This document shows, one piece after another, positions 19,096 to 28,701 of a stretch of DNA of 64,000 bases. Under the pieces are notes generated by a model. It ran no database searches. It worked only from the letters and a program-made list of their open reading frames with translations, and was not told the origin of the DNA. A program made the translations under genes and the position numbers. How positions within the stretch are numbered: the stretch's first letter is position 1; each line of letters opens with the position of its first letter. Where the stretch lies: contig OY760907.1 in NCBI GenBank assembly GCA_963664195.1, forward strand, positions 1,952,001-2,016,000. The letters are read 5' to 3'. This DNA comes from an uncultured candidate division Zixibacteria bacterium (GTDB lineage Bacteria; Zixibacteria; MSB-5A5; GN15; FEB-12).

Positions 19096-20017
19096 ATGCA
19101 CATCTTATTGAAATACACGGTTATCTTGCTCCTCTTAGTCACAGCTACATTCCCTGTCTGCCTTCATGCGAGTGAGAATGATTGGGGGCTTGAAATCCAA
19201 TTGTCAAAGCAAACGTACATCTTGCATGAGCGAATCGTGCTTGATGCTATTCTCTCGAACACATGCTCGGACACTGTGAGAACTCAGCTCCTTACATCTC
19301 CCAATCATCGTCAATTCAGAATCGATTTGAGAAACAGCAAGGGGGACTTGCTTGAGTATACCGGTATGAGATTCGACTTCGTAGGTGGCCCGGGTCGACT
19401 ACTGTTAGAAGCCGGAGGACAGGAATTCGGAAGCTTTGACTTGGCAGAACTGTTCAGTCCCTACGACAACAGATCTGGCCATTCAGTGAGCAACCTGGTC
19501 TTCCCTTACATCCCCACGGGCTCATACACTGTGCGGGCTTACTTCGAAGAAGCTGTCTCTGAGGAACTGTCTTTCGAGATTGTCGAACCCTCGGGCGACG
19601 AAGGAATGATTCTGCGTCTGATTGAAGAGGCCTGTAAGGCCTGGGATCGTGAAAACAGGTTGGGAGAACCCTGCCATACAGCGGTATGAGGAGATCGTCG
19701 ACAGACATCCGAAAAGCGTCTTTGCTGAACGATGCTACTACTTCTCGAAAGCTTATTCGCAAGAAGCAAGTGATCAGAAGAAACATGGCACGTACGACGA
19801 GATTTCCTTCACAACCGATATGTTGCTGAAGTATCCCAATTCGAGTGACTCGAGAGGCTGGTTAGTGTTGGTCACCGATCACTTGGAGGAAGAGGATAAG
19901 ATGGACTTCCTCAACAGCCTGATACAGGACAAGCCAAGTACAAGGGCTTCTCGGTTTGCCTCGCAATTGCGCGACAAGATACTGCAGAAGCAACGACTCG
20001 AGAAGGGGGGGCAGTGA
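19096..20017 (+). pseudogene. Secreted hypothetical protein (beta-sandwich + TPR-like C-terminus), +1 frameshift near 19650-19675
   Basis: Signal peptide MHILLKYTVILLLLVTATFPVCLHA; two overlapping ORFs join to 306 aa if one base is removed (...GEPAIQRYEEIVDRHPKSVFAE). Confidence 0.65.
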
Positions 20018-20170
20018 TGCGGAATGCCGCCTGCGATAACACGAGTGGTCAAGGTTTTCTACGAAGGATGTCGGGTTTCTCGCCCCGCCTGGCGGCGAGC
20101 CTCGGAATCGCGACCTAGAAGCATCTCAGTGAATCCTCAGATCGTGACCTTGTCGCTCGGATCGCAGGGT

Positions 20171-20210
20171 CGTCAGACGAGGTCGTCTTACGACACAGAC
20201 AAGGGGTGAG
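20171..20210 (-). repeat. Right copy of 40-bp imperfect inverted repeat
   Basis: Reverse complement CTCACCCCTTGTCTGTGTCGTAAGACGACCTCGTCTGACG. Confidence 0.7.
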
Positions 20211-20227
20211 TTTGTATCGCGAAATGG

Positions 20228-20254
20228 GATCCGGGCGATATAACCGGATCCTAC
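20228..20254 (-). repeat. REP-like GTAG hairpin
   Basis: Minus strand GTAG-GATCCGG-(9 nt)-CCGGATC. Confidence 0.45.
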
Positions 20255-20436
20255 CACAAGTCGCCGGGCACCGAGCGCGAGTCGCAACGCCTAAAGTGTT
20301 GTGCTGCAAGAAATTGGCGCAGTGTCCCCCTGTTGGCGTTCCCGCCCGGTCATTTCCGCCGCCAAAACCCCCATTCCACAGAGTTTTCTTGCCATTTTCA
20401 CGCAATTGACTATGTTATTATCTTGCGGTTGTTGGC

Positions 20437-20445
20437 TGGTATAAT
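20437..20445 (+). promoter_or_regulatory. Extended -10 promoter upstream of accC
   Basis: TGgTATAAT about 40 nt before the accC TTG start and GGAGG RBS. Confidence 0.5.
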
Positions 20446-20482
20446 GAAATACACGCCACCCCCTTAACCGGAGGATAACAGA

Positions 20483-21964
20483 TTGTTCGATAAAGTACTG
20501 ATTGCCAATCGCGGCGAAATCGCCCTGCGTATCATTCGGGCCTGCAAAGAACTGGGTCTTCAGACGGTCGCCGTCTATTCCGAGGCTGACCGCGATGCCC
20601 TTCACGTTCGATTTGCCGACGAAGACGTCTGCATAGGCAATTCACCCGCCAACGAGTCGTATCTCGATTTCCAGCGCATTATAGCCGCGGCGGAAATCAC
20701 CAACGCCGGTGCGATTCATCCCGGCTACGGTTTCCTCGCGGAGAACGCGGATTTCGCCGAAGTGTGTGAATCGTGCCACATTACGTTCATCGGCCCGACC
20801 CCGCAGCAGATTCGCCAGATGGGTGACAAAGCTTCCGGAAAGGCGCTGATGAAGGCGAACGGTGTGCCGGTGATTCCGGGTTCCGAGGGTATTGTTAACT
20901 CCTACGAGGAAGCCCGTGTAGTTGCCCACAAGGTTGGCTATCCCGTGATTCTCAAAGCTGTCGCCGGTGGCGGCGGTAAGGGTATGCGGATATGTAATGA
21001 CGATGCCGGACTCGAACGCGGGTTCAGTATCGCCTCGACCGAGGCTGCCAATGCGTTTTCGAACCCGGATCTGTACCTCGAAAAAGTGATCGTCAATCCG
21101 CATCATGTCGAAATCCAGTTGATCGGCGACTCGCACGGCAACTACTATCATTTCGGCGAGCGTGACTGCTCGATCCAGCGTCGCCACCAGAAACTCGTGG
21201 AAGAGACGCCATCGCCGCTCATGACCGACGAACTCCGCGCCCGCATGGGTGAAGCAGCTATTCTTGGTGCACAAGGTGTCGATTACCGTGGCGTGGGCAC
21301 GATCGAATTCCTGGTCGACAACGATCACAATTTCTACTTCATGGAAATGAACACGCGTATCCAGGTCGAACATCCAATCACCGAGGAAGCCTACGAGGTG
21401 GATTTGGTGCAGGATCAACTTCGGGTAGCGCTGGGAGAAGAGATCAAGTACAACCAGGCAGAGATTGTTCCGAAATGGCATTCAATTGAGTGTAGGGTCA
21501 ACGCTGAAGACGTGGAGAAAGATTTCCGTCCGACCCCTGGCAAGATCGAGGCTATCCACGTACCGGGCGGACCGGGCGTGCGCGTAGACAAAGCCGTTTA
21601 CGCCGGTTACACGATCCCGCCGTACTACGATTCAATGATCGCCAAACTGATAGTGCGCGCGCGGACCCGCAAACAGGCGATTATCAAAATGCGTATGGCG
21701 CTTGACCAGTTCATTGTGCAGGGGGTTCCCACGACGATTCCGTTCCATCGCGAGATCTTCGACAATGAGAATTTCGTCGCAGGCAACTACGACACCTCGT
21801 TTATCGAGACCGAGTTCAAGGGCGGAGGCAAAGACGCAAAAAAAAAGTCTATGACACTGAAACGCTCGGGTGAGTCCGAGGGGACAGAGCCGGAAACCAA
21901 ACAAGAAAACCAGGAGGCTGCCGAACAGGAATTGGTGGCCACGTCTGATAAGAACGCTGAATAA
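20483..21964 (+). CDS. accC: Acetyl-CoA carboxylase biotin carboxylase subunit
   Basis: [60 protein letters not shown]. Confidence 0.96.
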   Translation: MFDKVLIANRGEIALRIIRACKELGLQTVAVYSEADRDALHVRFADEDVCIGNSPANESYLDFQRIIAAAEITNAGAIHPGYGFLAENADFAEVCESCHITFIGPTPQQIRQMGDKASGKALMKANGVPVIPGSEGIVNSYEEARVVAHKVGYPVILKAVAGGGGKGMRICNDDAGLERGFSIASTEAANAFSNPDLYLEKVIVNPHHVEIQLIGDSHGNYYHFGERDCSIQRRHQKLVEETPSPLMTDELRARMGEAAILGAQGVDYRGVGTIEFLVDNDHNFYFMEMNTRIQVEHPITEEAYEVDLVQDQLRVALGEEIKYNQAEIVPKWHSIECRVNAEDVEKDFRPTPGKIEAIHVPGGPGVRVDKAVYAGYTIPPYYDSMIAKLIVRARTRKQAIIKMRMALDQFIVQGVPTTIPFHREIFDNENFVAGNYDTSFIETEFKGGGKDAKKKSMTLKRSGESEGTEPETKQENQEAAEQELVATSDKNAE

Positions 21965-21978
21965 TTCGGAGGCATAAA

Positions 21979-22359
21979 GTGAACGTTCCTGCAGATCTGA
22001 AATATACCAGGGAACATGAATGGGTGAAGATTGACGGTAACGTCGCCACTGTCGGTATTACCGATTGGGCGCAGTCGGAACTTGGAGACATCGTGTTTGT
22101 CGAACTCCCCGAGGTGGGAGCTGATGTCGCGCAAATGGACGCTTTTGGTACTATCGAGGCGGTCAAGGCCGTGTCCGAGATGTTTTCTCCGGTAACAGGC
22201 AAGATTGCCGAAATCAACGGTGCCCTCGATGACGACCCGATGGTTGTCAACCGCGACCCGTACGGAGAAGGCTGGATGATCAAAGTTGAGCTTACCGATG
22301 CCTCCGAGGTTGAACAATTGTTGGACGCCGACGGTTACAAGGCACTGATAGCCGACTAG
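21979..22359 (+). CDS. gcvH: Glycine cleavage system H protein
   Basis: YTREHEWV, GITD.AQ.ELGDIVFV, IEAVKAVS (lipoyl Lys), NRDPYGEGW. Confidence 0.96.
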   Translation: MNVPADLKYTREHEWVKIDGNVATVGITDWAQSELGDIVFVELPEVGADVAQMDAFGTIEAVKAVSEMFSPVTGKIAEINGALDDDPMVVNRDPYGEGWMIKVELTDASEVEQLLDADGYKALIAD

Positions 22360-22401
22360 CAGGCCGGTAGATTTTGACTTACTGAAAAGAACACAAAGAA
22401 C

Positions 22402-23757
22402 ATGGCATACATTTCTAATACCGATGCCGACCGCAAGATCATGCTCGAAAAGATCGGTGCGGCCAGTATCGAAGACATCATCAGCACGATCCCCGAGAAA
22501 CTTCGGCTGAAACGTCCTCTCGAGATTCCCGCTCTTTCCGAGATGGAACTCATGGCCGACCTTGAGCAGATGGCGGCTACCAACAAGCAGGCTACTGCCT
22601 GTTTTGCCGGTGGCGGTGTGTACGATCACTTCATTCCGACTGCGGTTGGTGCAGTTACGAGCCGTCCGGAATTTATGACGGCATACACGCCGTATCAGGC
22701 CGAAGTCTCTCAGGGAACGCTGCAGGTTATCTACGAGTATCAGACGCATATCTGCCGGCTGACCGGCATGGATGTCGCCAACGCGTCTATGTATGACGGT
22801 GCCTCGGCGGTTGCCGAAGCAATCCTGATCTGTTGTGCCGCCACCAAGCGGAGCAAGATCGTTTTGTCTGAAGCGGTCAACCCGCTTCATCGCGAAGTCG
22901 TTCAGGCTTACCTGTCCGGACGCGATTTGGAAGTAGTTGAGGTCCCGATGAAAGACGGCGTCACCGATATGACCCGTCTTGAAGACGCGCTTGATGAGCA
23001 GACCGCCTGTGTGGTTTTCGGCCAGCCGAACTTCTTCGGTCTGCTTGAGGAGATTGACGTCGCGGCGGAGTTGATCCATAAGGTCGGCGGCAACATGATT
23101 GTCGATGCCGACCCGATCGTTATGGCGCTGCTCAAGACTCCTGCCGACATGGGTGCTGATATTGTCGTTGGCGAAGGCCAGCCGCTTGGTATTCCCGTGT
23201 CGTTTGGCGGACCGTTGCTGGGGTTTTTTGCCGCGAAGAAAGCGTTGATTCGAAGCATGCCCGGCAGAATCGCCGCTCGAACGAAAGATGCCGACGGCAA
23301 CCCTGGATTCGTGTTGACGTTACAGACGCGTGAGCAGCATATCCGTCGCCAGAAGGCGACCTCCAATATCTGCACCAACCAGGCGTTGTGTGCCACGACC
23401 GCCGCCGTCTATCTCAGCCTCATGGGCAAGACAGGACTCAAGCAGGTGGCATTGCTTTCAGCCGAGAAGGCGCAGAAGTCGGCGAAAGAGATTTCAACCA
23501 TCGACGGTTTTGAGCTCGCATACACCGGACCTTTTGTCCGTGAGTTTGCCATCAAGACCCCCATCCCGGCCAAAGAGGTTATCCTCGCCCTGGCCGAGAA
23601 GAACGTCCTGCCAGGTGTTGATGCCGGCCGATGGTATAAAGGACTCGACAACTGCTTGATCGTGGCGCTTACCGAAAAACGCACCGACGTTGATATAGCG
23701 GCTCTGATCGACGGCTTGAAACAACTGGAGACCTCAAATGTACTGTCCGGAATGTAA
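22402..23757 (+). CDS. gcvPA: Glycine dehydrogenase (decarboxylating) subunit 1
   Basis: TAYTPYQAEVSQGTLQ, NASMYDGA, QTREQHIRR.KATSNICTNQAL. Confidence 0.96.
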   Translation: MAYISNTDADRKIMLEKIGAASIEDIISTIPEKLRLKRPLEIPALSEMELMADLEQMAATNKQATACFAGGGVYDHFIPTAVGAVTSRPEFMTAYTPYQAEVSQGTLQVIYEYQTHICRLTGMDVANASMYDGASAVAEAILICCAATKRSKIVLSEAVNPLHREVVQAYLSGRDLEVVEVPMKDGVTDMTRLEDALDEQTACVVFGQPNFFGLLEEIDVAAELIHKVGGNMIVDADPIVMALLKTPADMGADIVVGEGQPLGIPVSFGGPLLGFFAAKKALIRSMPGRIAARTKDADGNPGFVLTLQTREQHIRRQKATSNICTNQALCATTAAVYLSLMGKTGLKQVALLSAEKAQKSAKEISTIDGFELAYTGPFVREFAIKTPIPAKEVILALAEKNVLPGVDAGRWYKGLDNCLIVALTEKRTDVDIAALIDGLKQLETSNVLSGM

Positions 23758-24082
23758 GACTGAATGGCAGCAGTCAATGACCAACTGTCCGGTCTGTTCC
23801 CACGAACTCAGCGGTGCCACCGGCTCAGAGTGGACTCTGCTTGGTTCGGTATCGGACAAGATGTCGGCCGATTTTGCCAGGGAGACTCTACTCTCGTATG
23901 AGATACCAGCAGTGGTTATTTCGAAATCCGGCTTTTTTGGGCAGGCGGGGCTGACGTTCAACAACTTCTACCAGCCCGGCTCGGGCCTGTTTGAGATTTC
24001 GATTCCTTCGGAGCATGTTCCTGAAGCAACCGAGGTCATGAACATGGTCCTCGGCGACAGGTGGCAGAAGGGGACGGACTAA
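23738..24082 (+). CDS. Zinc-ribbon + DUF2007-like (putative signal-transducing) protein
   Basis: YCPEC...CPVC N-terminus; W..L....A...R.TL.S.EIPAV...EI.IP.E...EA pattern; overlaps gcvPA by 20 nt. Confidence 0.7.
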   Translation: MYCPECKTEWQQSMTNCPVCSHELSGATGSEWTLLGSVSDKMSADFARETLLSYEIPAVVISKSGFFGQAGLTFNNFYQPGSGLFEISIPSEHVPEATEVMNMVLGDRWQKGTD

Positions 24083-24472
24083 ATGGGGTTCTGCCCAAGC
24101 TGCAAATACGAGTACAATCTCCACGTGACAGTCTGTCCCGACTGCAACGAGGCGCTGGTAGACAGGCTTCCTGAGAAAGCACCCTCGGCCGTAATAGCTC
24201 CCGATGACAGTTGGGTAGGAGTCTGTAGGGTGTCTGGTGGCATTCGGACCGAGCTGGCCAAGGGCGCCCTCGACTCGAACAACATCCCCTCGATTGTAAC
24301 GTCCGGCGCGTTTCGTTCGTTTGGACAGCAGTCCGGATTGCAGTCCATGCTGCCGTCTCTAACAGGATCTGCCGACGTGTTGATGGTCCCGAGAGAATTC
24401 CGCCAGGAGGCGGAGATCATTCTCGAGGCCGTACTTGGTGAGGATTACCGGAAATTGGACATTCGTCAATAA
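24083..24472 (+). CDS. Zinc-ribbon + DUF2007-like protein (paralog)
   Basis: FCPSCKYEY....TVCPDCNEALVD.L; W.......ELAKGALDSNNIP...LMVP.E...EA..IL; starts directly after the previous stop. Confidence 0.75.
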   Translation: MGFCPSCKYEYNLHVTVCPDCNEALVDRLPEKAPSAVIAPDDSWVGVCRVSGGIRTELAKGALDSNNIPSIVTSGAFRSFGQQSGLQSMLPSLTGSADVLMVPREFRQEAEIILEAVLGEDYRKLDIRQ

Positions 24473-24501
24473 GGCGATCTGTCCGTACGCAAGGAGTAGC
24501 G

Positions 24502-25374
24502 ATGTATAAGCTTACGGTTCTGACACTGGCCCTGATGATGGTGGTTCTGGCTTCCTGTGGAGAGCAGAAACCTCAACCGATAGTAGAGGATGGCAAAGCT
24601 CCCTATTACGCCAATCTTGACAGTGCCCGGGTCGCCGCCAACGAAGATCAGTTGATTGCAATCGATTTCTGGACTGATTGGTGCTACTGGTGCAAAGTTC
24701 TGGATACAGCCGTTTTTGCGGACCCGAAAGGGATTGAGTTCTTTTCCAAAGACATGGTTCTTGCTCGCATAAACGCTGAGGTCGACACGGTTCTGGCGAA
24801 GAAATATCATGTCACAGGATATCCGACGATTCTCTTGATCGACAAGAACGGCGAAGAGATAGATCGTCTGGTTGGCTTTGCTCCCACCGACGAGTTCATA
24901 CAGACACTGCTGGATTTCTCCAATGGCATCGGGACGCTGGCTGACCTGATCAATCAGGCGGAAACCAACGATGATCGCGGGCTGGCATACAAAATCGCTG
25001 ACAAGTGTAAGTACAGCGGTCGCGCAGAGCAGGCTATAGAATGGTACGGTAAGGTCGTTGCCGCCGGAGATCCCAAGGATTCTCTTTCGAGTGAATCTCG
25101 TATCTCGCTGGCGGATATGTACCGTCGTGCAAAAGAATACGACCGTGCTCTCGACGCTTTCCGGGGCATTCAGAGTGAGTTCAAAGCAGGTCCCGTGGCT
25201 CAGACTGCGGGGATATATATCGGACTGACCTACCGCGAAATGGCCGATACGGCCAAGGCAATAGAGGCCTTTGAGGACTGGCTCCAGAAATACCCGGATG
25301 CCGATGACGGAGAAACCGACTACGTGAAAGAGAAGATCGAAGGATTGAAGAATCCTCCGGTGGAAGAAGAATAG
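24502..25374 (+). CDS. Thioredoxin-like + TPR lipoprotein
   Basis: Lipobox VLASC; IDFWTDWCYWCK; VTGYPT (cis-Pro); C-terminal TPR pairs. Confidence 0.85.
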   Translation: MYKLTVLTLALMMVVLASCGEQKPQPIVEDGKAPYYANLDSARVAANEDQLIAIDFWTDWCYWCKVLDTAVFADPKGIEFFSKDMVLARINAEVDTVLAKKYHVTGYPTILLIDKNGEEIDRLVGFAPTDEFIQTLLDFSNGIGTLADLINQAETNDDRGLAYKIADKCKYSGRAEQAIEWYGKVVAAGDPKDSLSSESRISLADMYRRAKEYDRALDAFRGIQSEFKAGPVAQTAGIYIGLTYREMADTAKAIEAFEDWLQKYPDADDGETDYVKEKIEGLKNPPVEEE

Positions 25375-25432
25375 ATTAGCAACAACTGCCGACGGTCACC
25401 GTCGGCCGGATACAGGTTACAGAGTAGATACA

Positions 25433-26884
25433 GTGGATAAGAAAGTATTGATATACGACAAGTCTGTTCCGGGACGTACCGGATACACCCTGCCGAAGAC
25501 CAAGAAGTCCGAATCGGACATCCTTGCGGCAATACCTGAAAGGTATCGACGTACGGAAGACGCTGCCCTGCCCGAAGTCGCCGAGCCTGAAGTGATGCGG
25601 CATTTCGTTGAACTCTCAATGAAAAACCATCACATCGAAAAAGGGTTCTACCCGCTCGGCTCGTGCACGATGAAATACAACCCGAAACACAACGATGCGG
25701 CAGCTTCGATGAAGGGTTTCAAGGATCAGCACCCGATGACTCCGTGTAGCGCCTCAACCGGCAGTCTGCAACTGATGTGGAATCTGACCGAAGACCTCAA
25801 GGAGATTTCGGGCTTCGCCGGGATGACTCTCCAGCCTGTTGCAGGCGCTCAGGGTGAGTTTTGCGGCTTGTTGTTAATTCGCGCCTACCATGAGGCAAAA
25901 GGCAACAAGCGCAACAAGATTATCATTCCGGATTCTGCCCACGGCACCAATCCGGCATCGGTGACCTCGGTCGGTTACACTACCGTCCAGTTCAAGTCCG
26001 GTGATGACGGTATCATTCATCCTGAGGCCGTTGCCGAGGTGATGGATGACGACGTTGCCGGTTTGATGCTCACCAACCCGAACACGCTCGGTTTGTTCGA
26101 AAGCAACATTGCCGAAATCTGCAAGATTGTTCACGACGGCGGCGGTCTGGTGTACATGGACGGTGCCAACCTGAACGCCCACATGGGGCTGTTCCGTCCC
26201 GGTGATATCGGGTTTGACATGATGCACTTCAACCTGCACAAGACGCTTTCCACCCCGCACGGCGGCGGTGGACCGGGCGCAGGCGCGGTTGGTGTAACGG
26301 CTGAACTCGAGAAGTTCCTGCCGTACCCGGTGCTTGAGAAGGATGTCGACGGCAGGTTGTTCTTCAACTACAATCGCCCGGACTCCATCGGACGTCTGCA
26401 TGCGTTCTACGGCAATTTCGCCAACATGGTCCGCGCCTACACGTATATTCGTACGCTCGGGGGCGCGGGTCTTCGCGAGGCTTCGGAGAATGCCGTTCTG
26501 AACGCTAATTACCTCAAGGAACTGGTGCGGACAGACTATGACCTTCCGTATGGTCGTCACTGCATGCACGAGTTTGTGATTTCCGGTAATCGCCAGAAGA
26601 AACTGGGCGTCAAGACATCCGACATTTCCAAGCGTTTGCTTGATTTTGGAGTCCATGCCCCGACGAACTACTTCCCGCTGATCGTCCCTGAAGCCATGAT
26701 GATTGAGCCGACCGAGACCGAGTCCCGCGAGACGCTCGAGCAGTTTGCGGCCATTATGGAACAGATAGCTCGTGAGGCGGAAACCTGTCCGGAGCAAGTC
26801 ACTTCGGCGCCGCACTGCACGCCGGTGAAGCGGTTGGATGAAAGTCATGCGGCCAGAACCCTGGACGTCAATTTCATCGGGTAG
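25433..26884 (+). CDS. gcvPB: Glycine dehydrogenase (decarboxylating) subunit 2
   Basis: YPLGSCTMKYNP, SAHGTNPAS, YMDGANLNA, NLHKT.STPHGGGGPG (PLP Lys), MIEPTETE. Confidence 0.96.
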   Translation: MDKKVLIYDKSVPGRTGYTLPKTKKSESDILAAIPERYRRTEDAALPEVAEPEVMRHFVELSMKNHHIEKGFYPLGSCTMKYNPKHNDAAASMKGFKDQHPMTPCSASTGSLQLMWNLTEDLKEISGFAGMTLQPVAGAQGEFCGLLLIRAYHEAKGNKRNKIIIPDSAHGTNPASVTSVGYTTVQFKSGDDGIIHPEAVAEVMDDDVAGLMLTNPNTLGLFESNIAEICKIVHDGGGLVYMDGANLNAHMGLFRPGDIGFDMMHFNLHKTLSTPHGGGGPGAGAVGVTAELEKFLPYPVLEKDVDGRLFFNYNRPDSIGRLHAFYGNFANMVRAYTYIRTLGGAGLREASENAVLNANYLKELVRTDYDLPYGRHCMHEFVISGNRQKKLGVKTSDISKRLLDFGVHAPTNYFPLIVPEAMMIEPTETESRETLEQFAAIMEQIAREAETCPEQVTSAPHCTPVKRLDESHAARTLDVNFIG

Positions 26885-26947
26885 CATTTGTCGCTTGTCA
26901 ATTTCAGCCGGTGCCCCTTACTTGGGCATCGGCTTTCTTTTTGAACT

Positions 26948-28459
26948 ATGATTAAACTTTCGCACGTTACATACCGGTACCGCGATGATGCCCGGGCGGC
27001 GCTCCGCGACTTTTCGACGGAGATCTCTCCCGGGGAAGCGGTCTGCGTGATGGGCCGCAACGGGTCCGGCAAATCGACGCTTGTTCGCCTGATCGCCGGA
27101 CTCATCAAACCGGAGCGCGGCGATATCAAGGTAGGGGGAGAGGTTTCGGGCGACGATGACGTCTGCCAGAATGTGGGCATTCTCTTCCAAAACACTGACA
27201 ACCAGATGGTCGCGACGCTGGTCGAGAAAGAAATCGCCTTCGCGCTCGAAAACCGCGCCGTGCCACAGGAATCGATGGAACGGGAAATCGACCGGGTGGC
27301 GGAACGTTTCGGTATCAGTCATCTTCGTCGAAGGCTCACCAGCGAACTCTCCGGCGGCGAAAAACAGCGTGTTGCCCTCGCATCTGTCATGATTCAGAGA
27401 CCGCCGGTGTTACTCCTTGATGAGCCGGACACTTTCCTGGATGAAGACGGCCGTCGTCTGTTACAGAGAGAGCTTGAGCGGATTCACCGCGACTATCCCG
27501 AACTGGTCGAGATTCGCATCACACAAAGCCCTGCTATTGCAGGGCATTACGCGCGTTTGATAATCCTTAACGATGGCGCGGTCGCAGCCGACGGTACGCC
27601 TGGCGACGTTTTCTCCAACACCGCACTCATGCGCGAGGTTGGACTCACCAGCAGACTCAACGAAGACCGTCGACTGGTAGTACCCGACTCACTTCTATCG
27701 ACATCTGCCCCGAGTACCAACCGTCTGCGGTCGGTTAAGCTCGACAGCGTGGATTTTGCCTATCTGCCCGATCATCCCATAGCGGCGAATATCAGCCTGA
27801 GCGTCAGCAACGGTGAGATTGTCGGGTTGGTCGGCCCCACGGGAATCGGCAAAAGCAGTCTCGGTCTTCTGGCCTGCGGACTCCTGGAACCGAATGAAGG
27901 AACGGTCACTCTTCTGAACGGCTCGGGCGGTGCAATGTCACCGGAAGGTTTCCGTGGTCAGATCGTGGCGATTTTGCAGCAGCCGGAACGTCAGTTCTTC
28001 CTTGATTCCTGCGCCGCCGAGATCAAGTTTGGTCCGGCCAATCTCGGACGTGAACTCTCCGATGGCGAAGTGAATTGCTTTTTCGAGATGGTCGGTCTTG
28101 ATCCGCGCGAGTTCGCCGACCGTGACCCCTTTTCGCTCTCTGGCGGGGAGAAACGACGCCTCGCCTTTGCCGCCGTCCTGGCCATGGCCCCCTCGCTGGC
28201 GGTATTCGATGAACCGACCGCTGGCCTCGATCCGCAGGGCATCGGCAGGTTCATCGTGATCGCTCGCGCGCTCAAGGAACAGGGGATAGGCCAATTGATC
28301 GTCAGTCATGAGGGTGAGATTATTAAGCACTTGGCCGATCGTATTCTGTACTTCAAATCATCCGACGAGTTGCTTGAGCTTGATCCTGAAGTGTTTTTTG
28401 GCGACGACAAGTACGCCGACGTGGTCTCAAGACCCGGTTCGCTCCTGCGTTCCTCCTGA
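26948..28459 (+). CDS. ECF-type ABC transporter ATP-binding protein with duplicated ATPase domains
   Basis: GRNGSGKST/LSGGEKQR/LLDEP and GPTGIGKSS/PFSLSGGEKRR/FDEPTAGLD; FQNTDNQ and QQPERQF Q-helices typical of EcfA. Confidence 0.85.
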   Translation: MIKLSHVTYRYRDDARAALRDFSTEISPGEAVCVMGRNGSGKSTLVRLIAGLIKPERGDIKVGGEVSGDDDVCQNVGILFQNTDNQMVATLVEKEIAFALENRAVPQESMEREIDRVAERFGISHLRRRLTSELSGGEKQRVALASVMIQRPPVLLLDEPDTFLDEDGRRLLQRELERIHRDYPELVEIRITQSPAIAGHYARLIILNDGAVAADGTPGDVFSNTALMREVGLTSRLNEDRRLVVPDSLLSTSAPSTNRLRSVKLDSVDFAYLPDHPIAANISLSVSNGEIVGLVGPTGIGKSSLGLLACGLLEPNEGTVTLLNGSGGAMSPEGFRGQIVAILQQPERQFFLDSCAAEIKFGPANLGRELSDGEVNCFFEMVGLDPREFADRDPFSLSGGEKRRLAFAAVLAMAPSLAVFDEPTAGLDPQGIGRFIVIARALKEQGIGQLIVSHEGEIIKHLADRILYFKSSDELLELDPEVFFGDDKYADVVSRPGSLLRSS

Positions 28460-28495
28460 TTCGTCTCTATCGAGGCTCTTTTTCGCCCCGACAAC

Positions 28496-28523
28496 TTGAC
28501 AGCCGTCGAAATTCCCTTATACT
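28496..28523 (+). promoter_or_regulatory. Sigma70 promoter of pyr operon
   Basis: TTGACA-16 nt-TATACT. Confidence 0.7.
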
Positions 28524-28562
28524 CAGCAGAACTTTAGCTGACCGACGGCAGCAATGCCGTTG

Positions 28563-28599
28563 AACCTTTTAAGGTGATCCCGCGAGGTCGCCAAGGGTT
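28563..28599 (+). ncRNA. PyrR-binding leader RNA (anti-antiterminator stem-loop)
   Basis: AACCTTTTAA-GGTGATCC-CGCG-AGGTCGCC-AAGGGTT resembles the PyrR site consensus (CUUUAA...UCCNGNGAGG), directly upstream of pyrR. Confidence 0.75.
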
Positions 28600-28701
28600 T
28601 GCCCGAATGGACGCTCTTACACATTCGTTATTTTCCGCTCAAGCGCAGACCATCACGCAGCCTAATAATTGTGTCTACATATACTCCACGGAGGTACCGT
28701 C

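Noticed and set aside
21787..23079. 430-aa minus-strand ORF
   Set aside because: Antisense shadow of accC/gcvH/gcvPA caused by codon bias.
25874..26887. 337-aa minus-strand ORF
   Set aside because: Antisense shadow of gcvPB.
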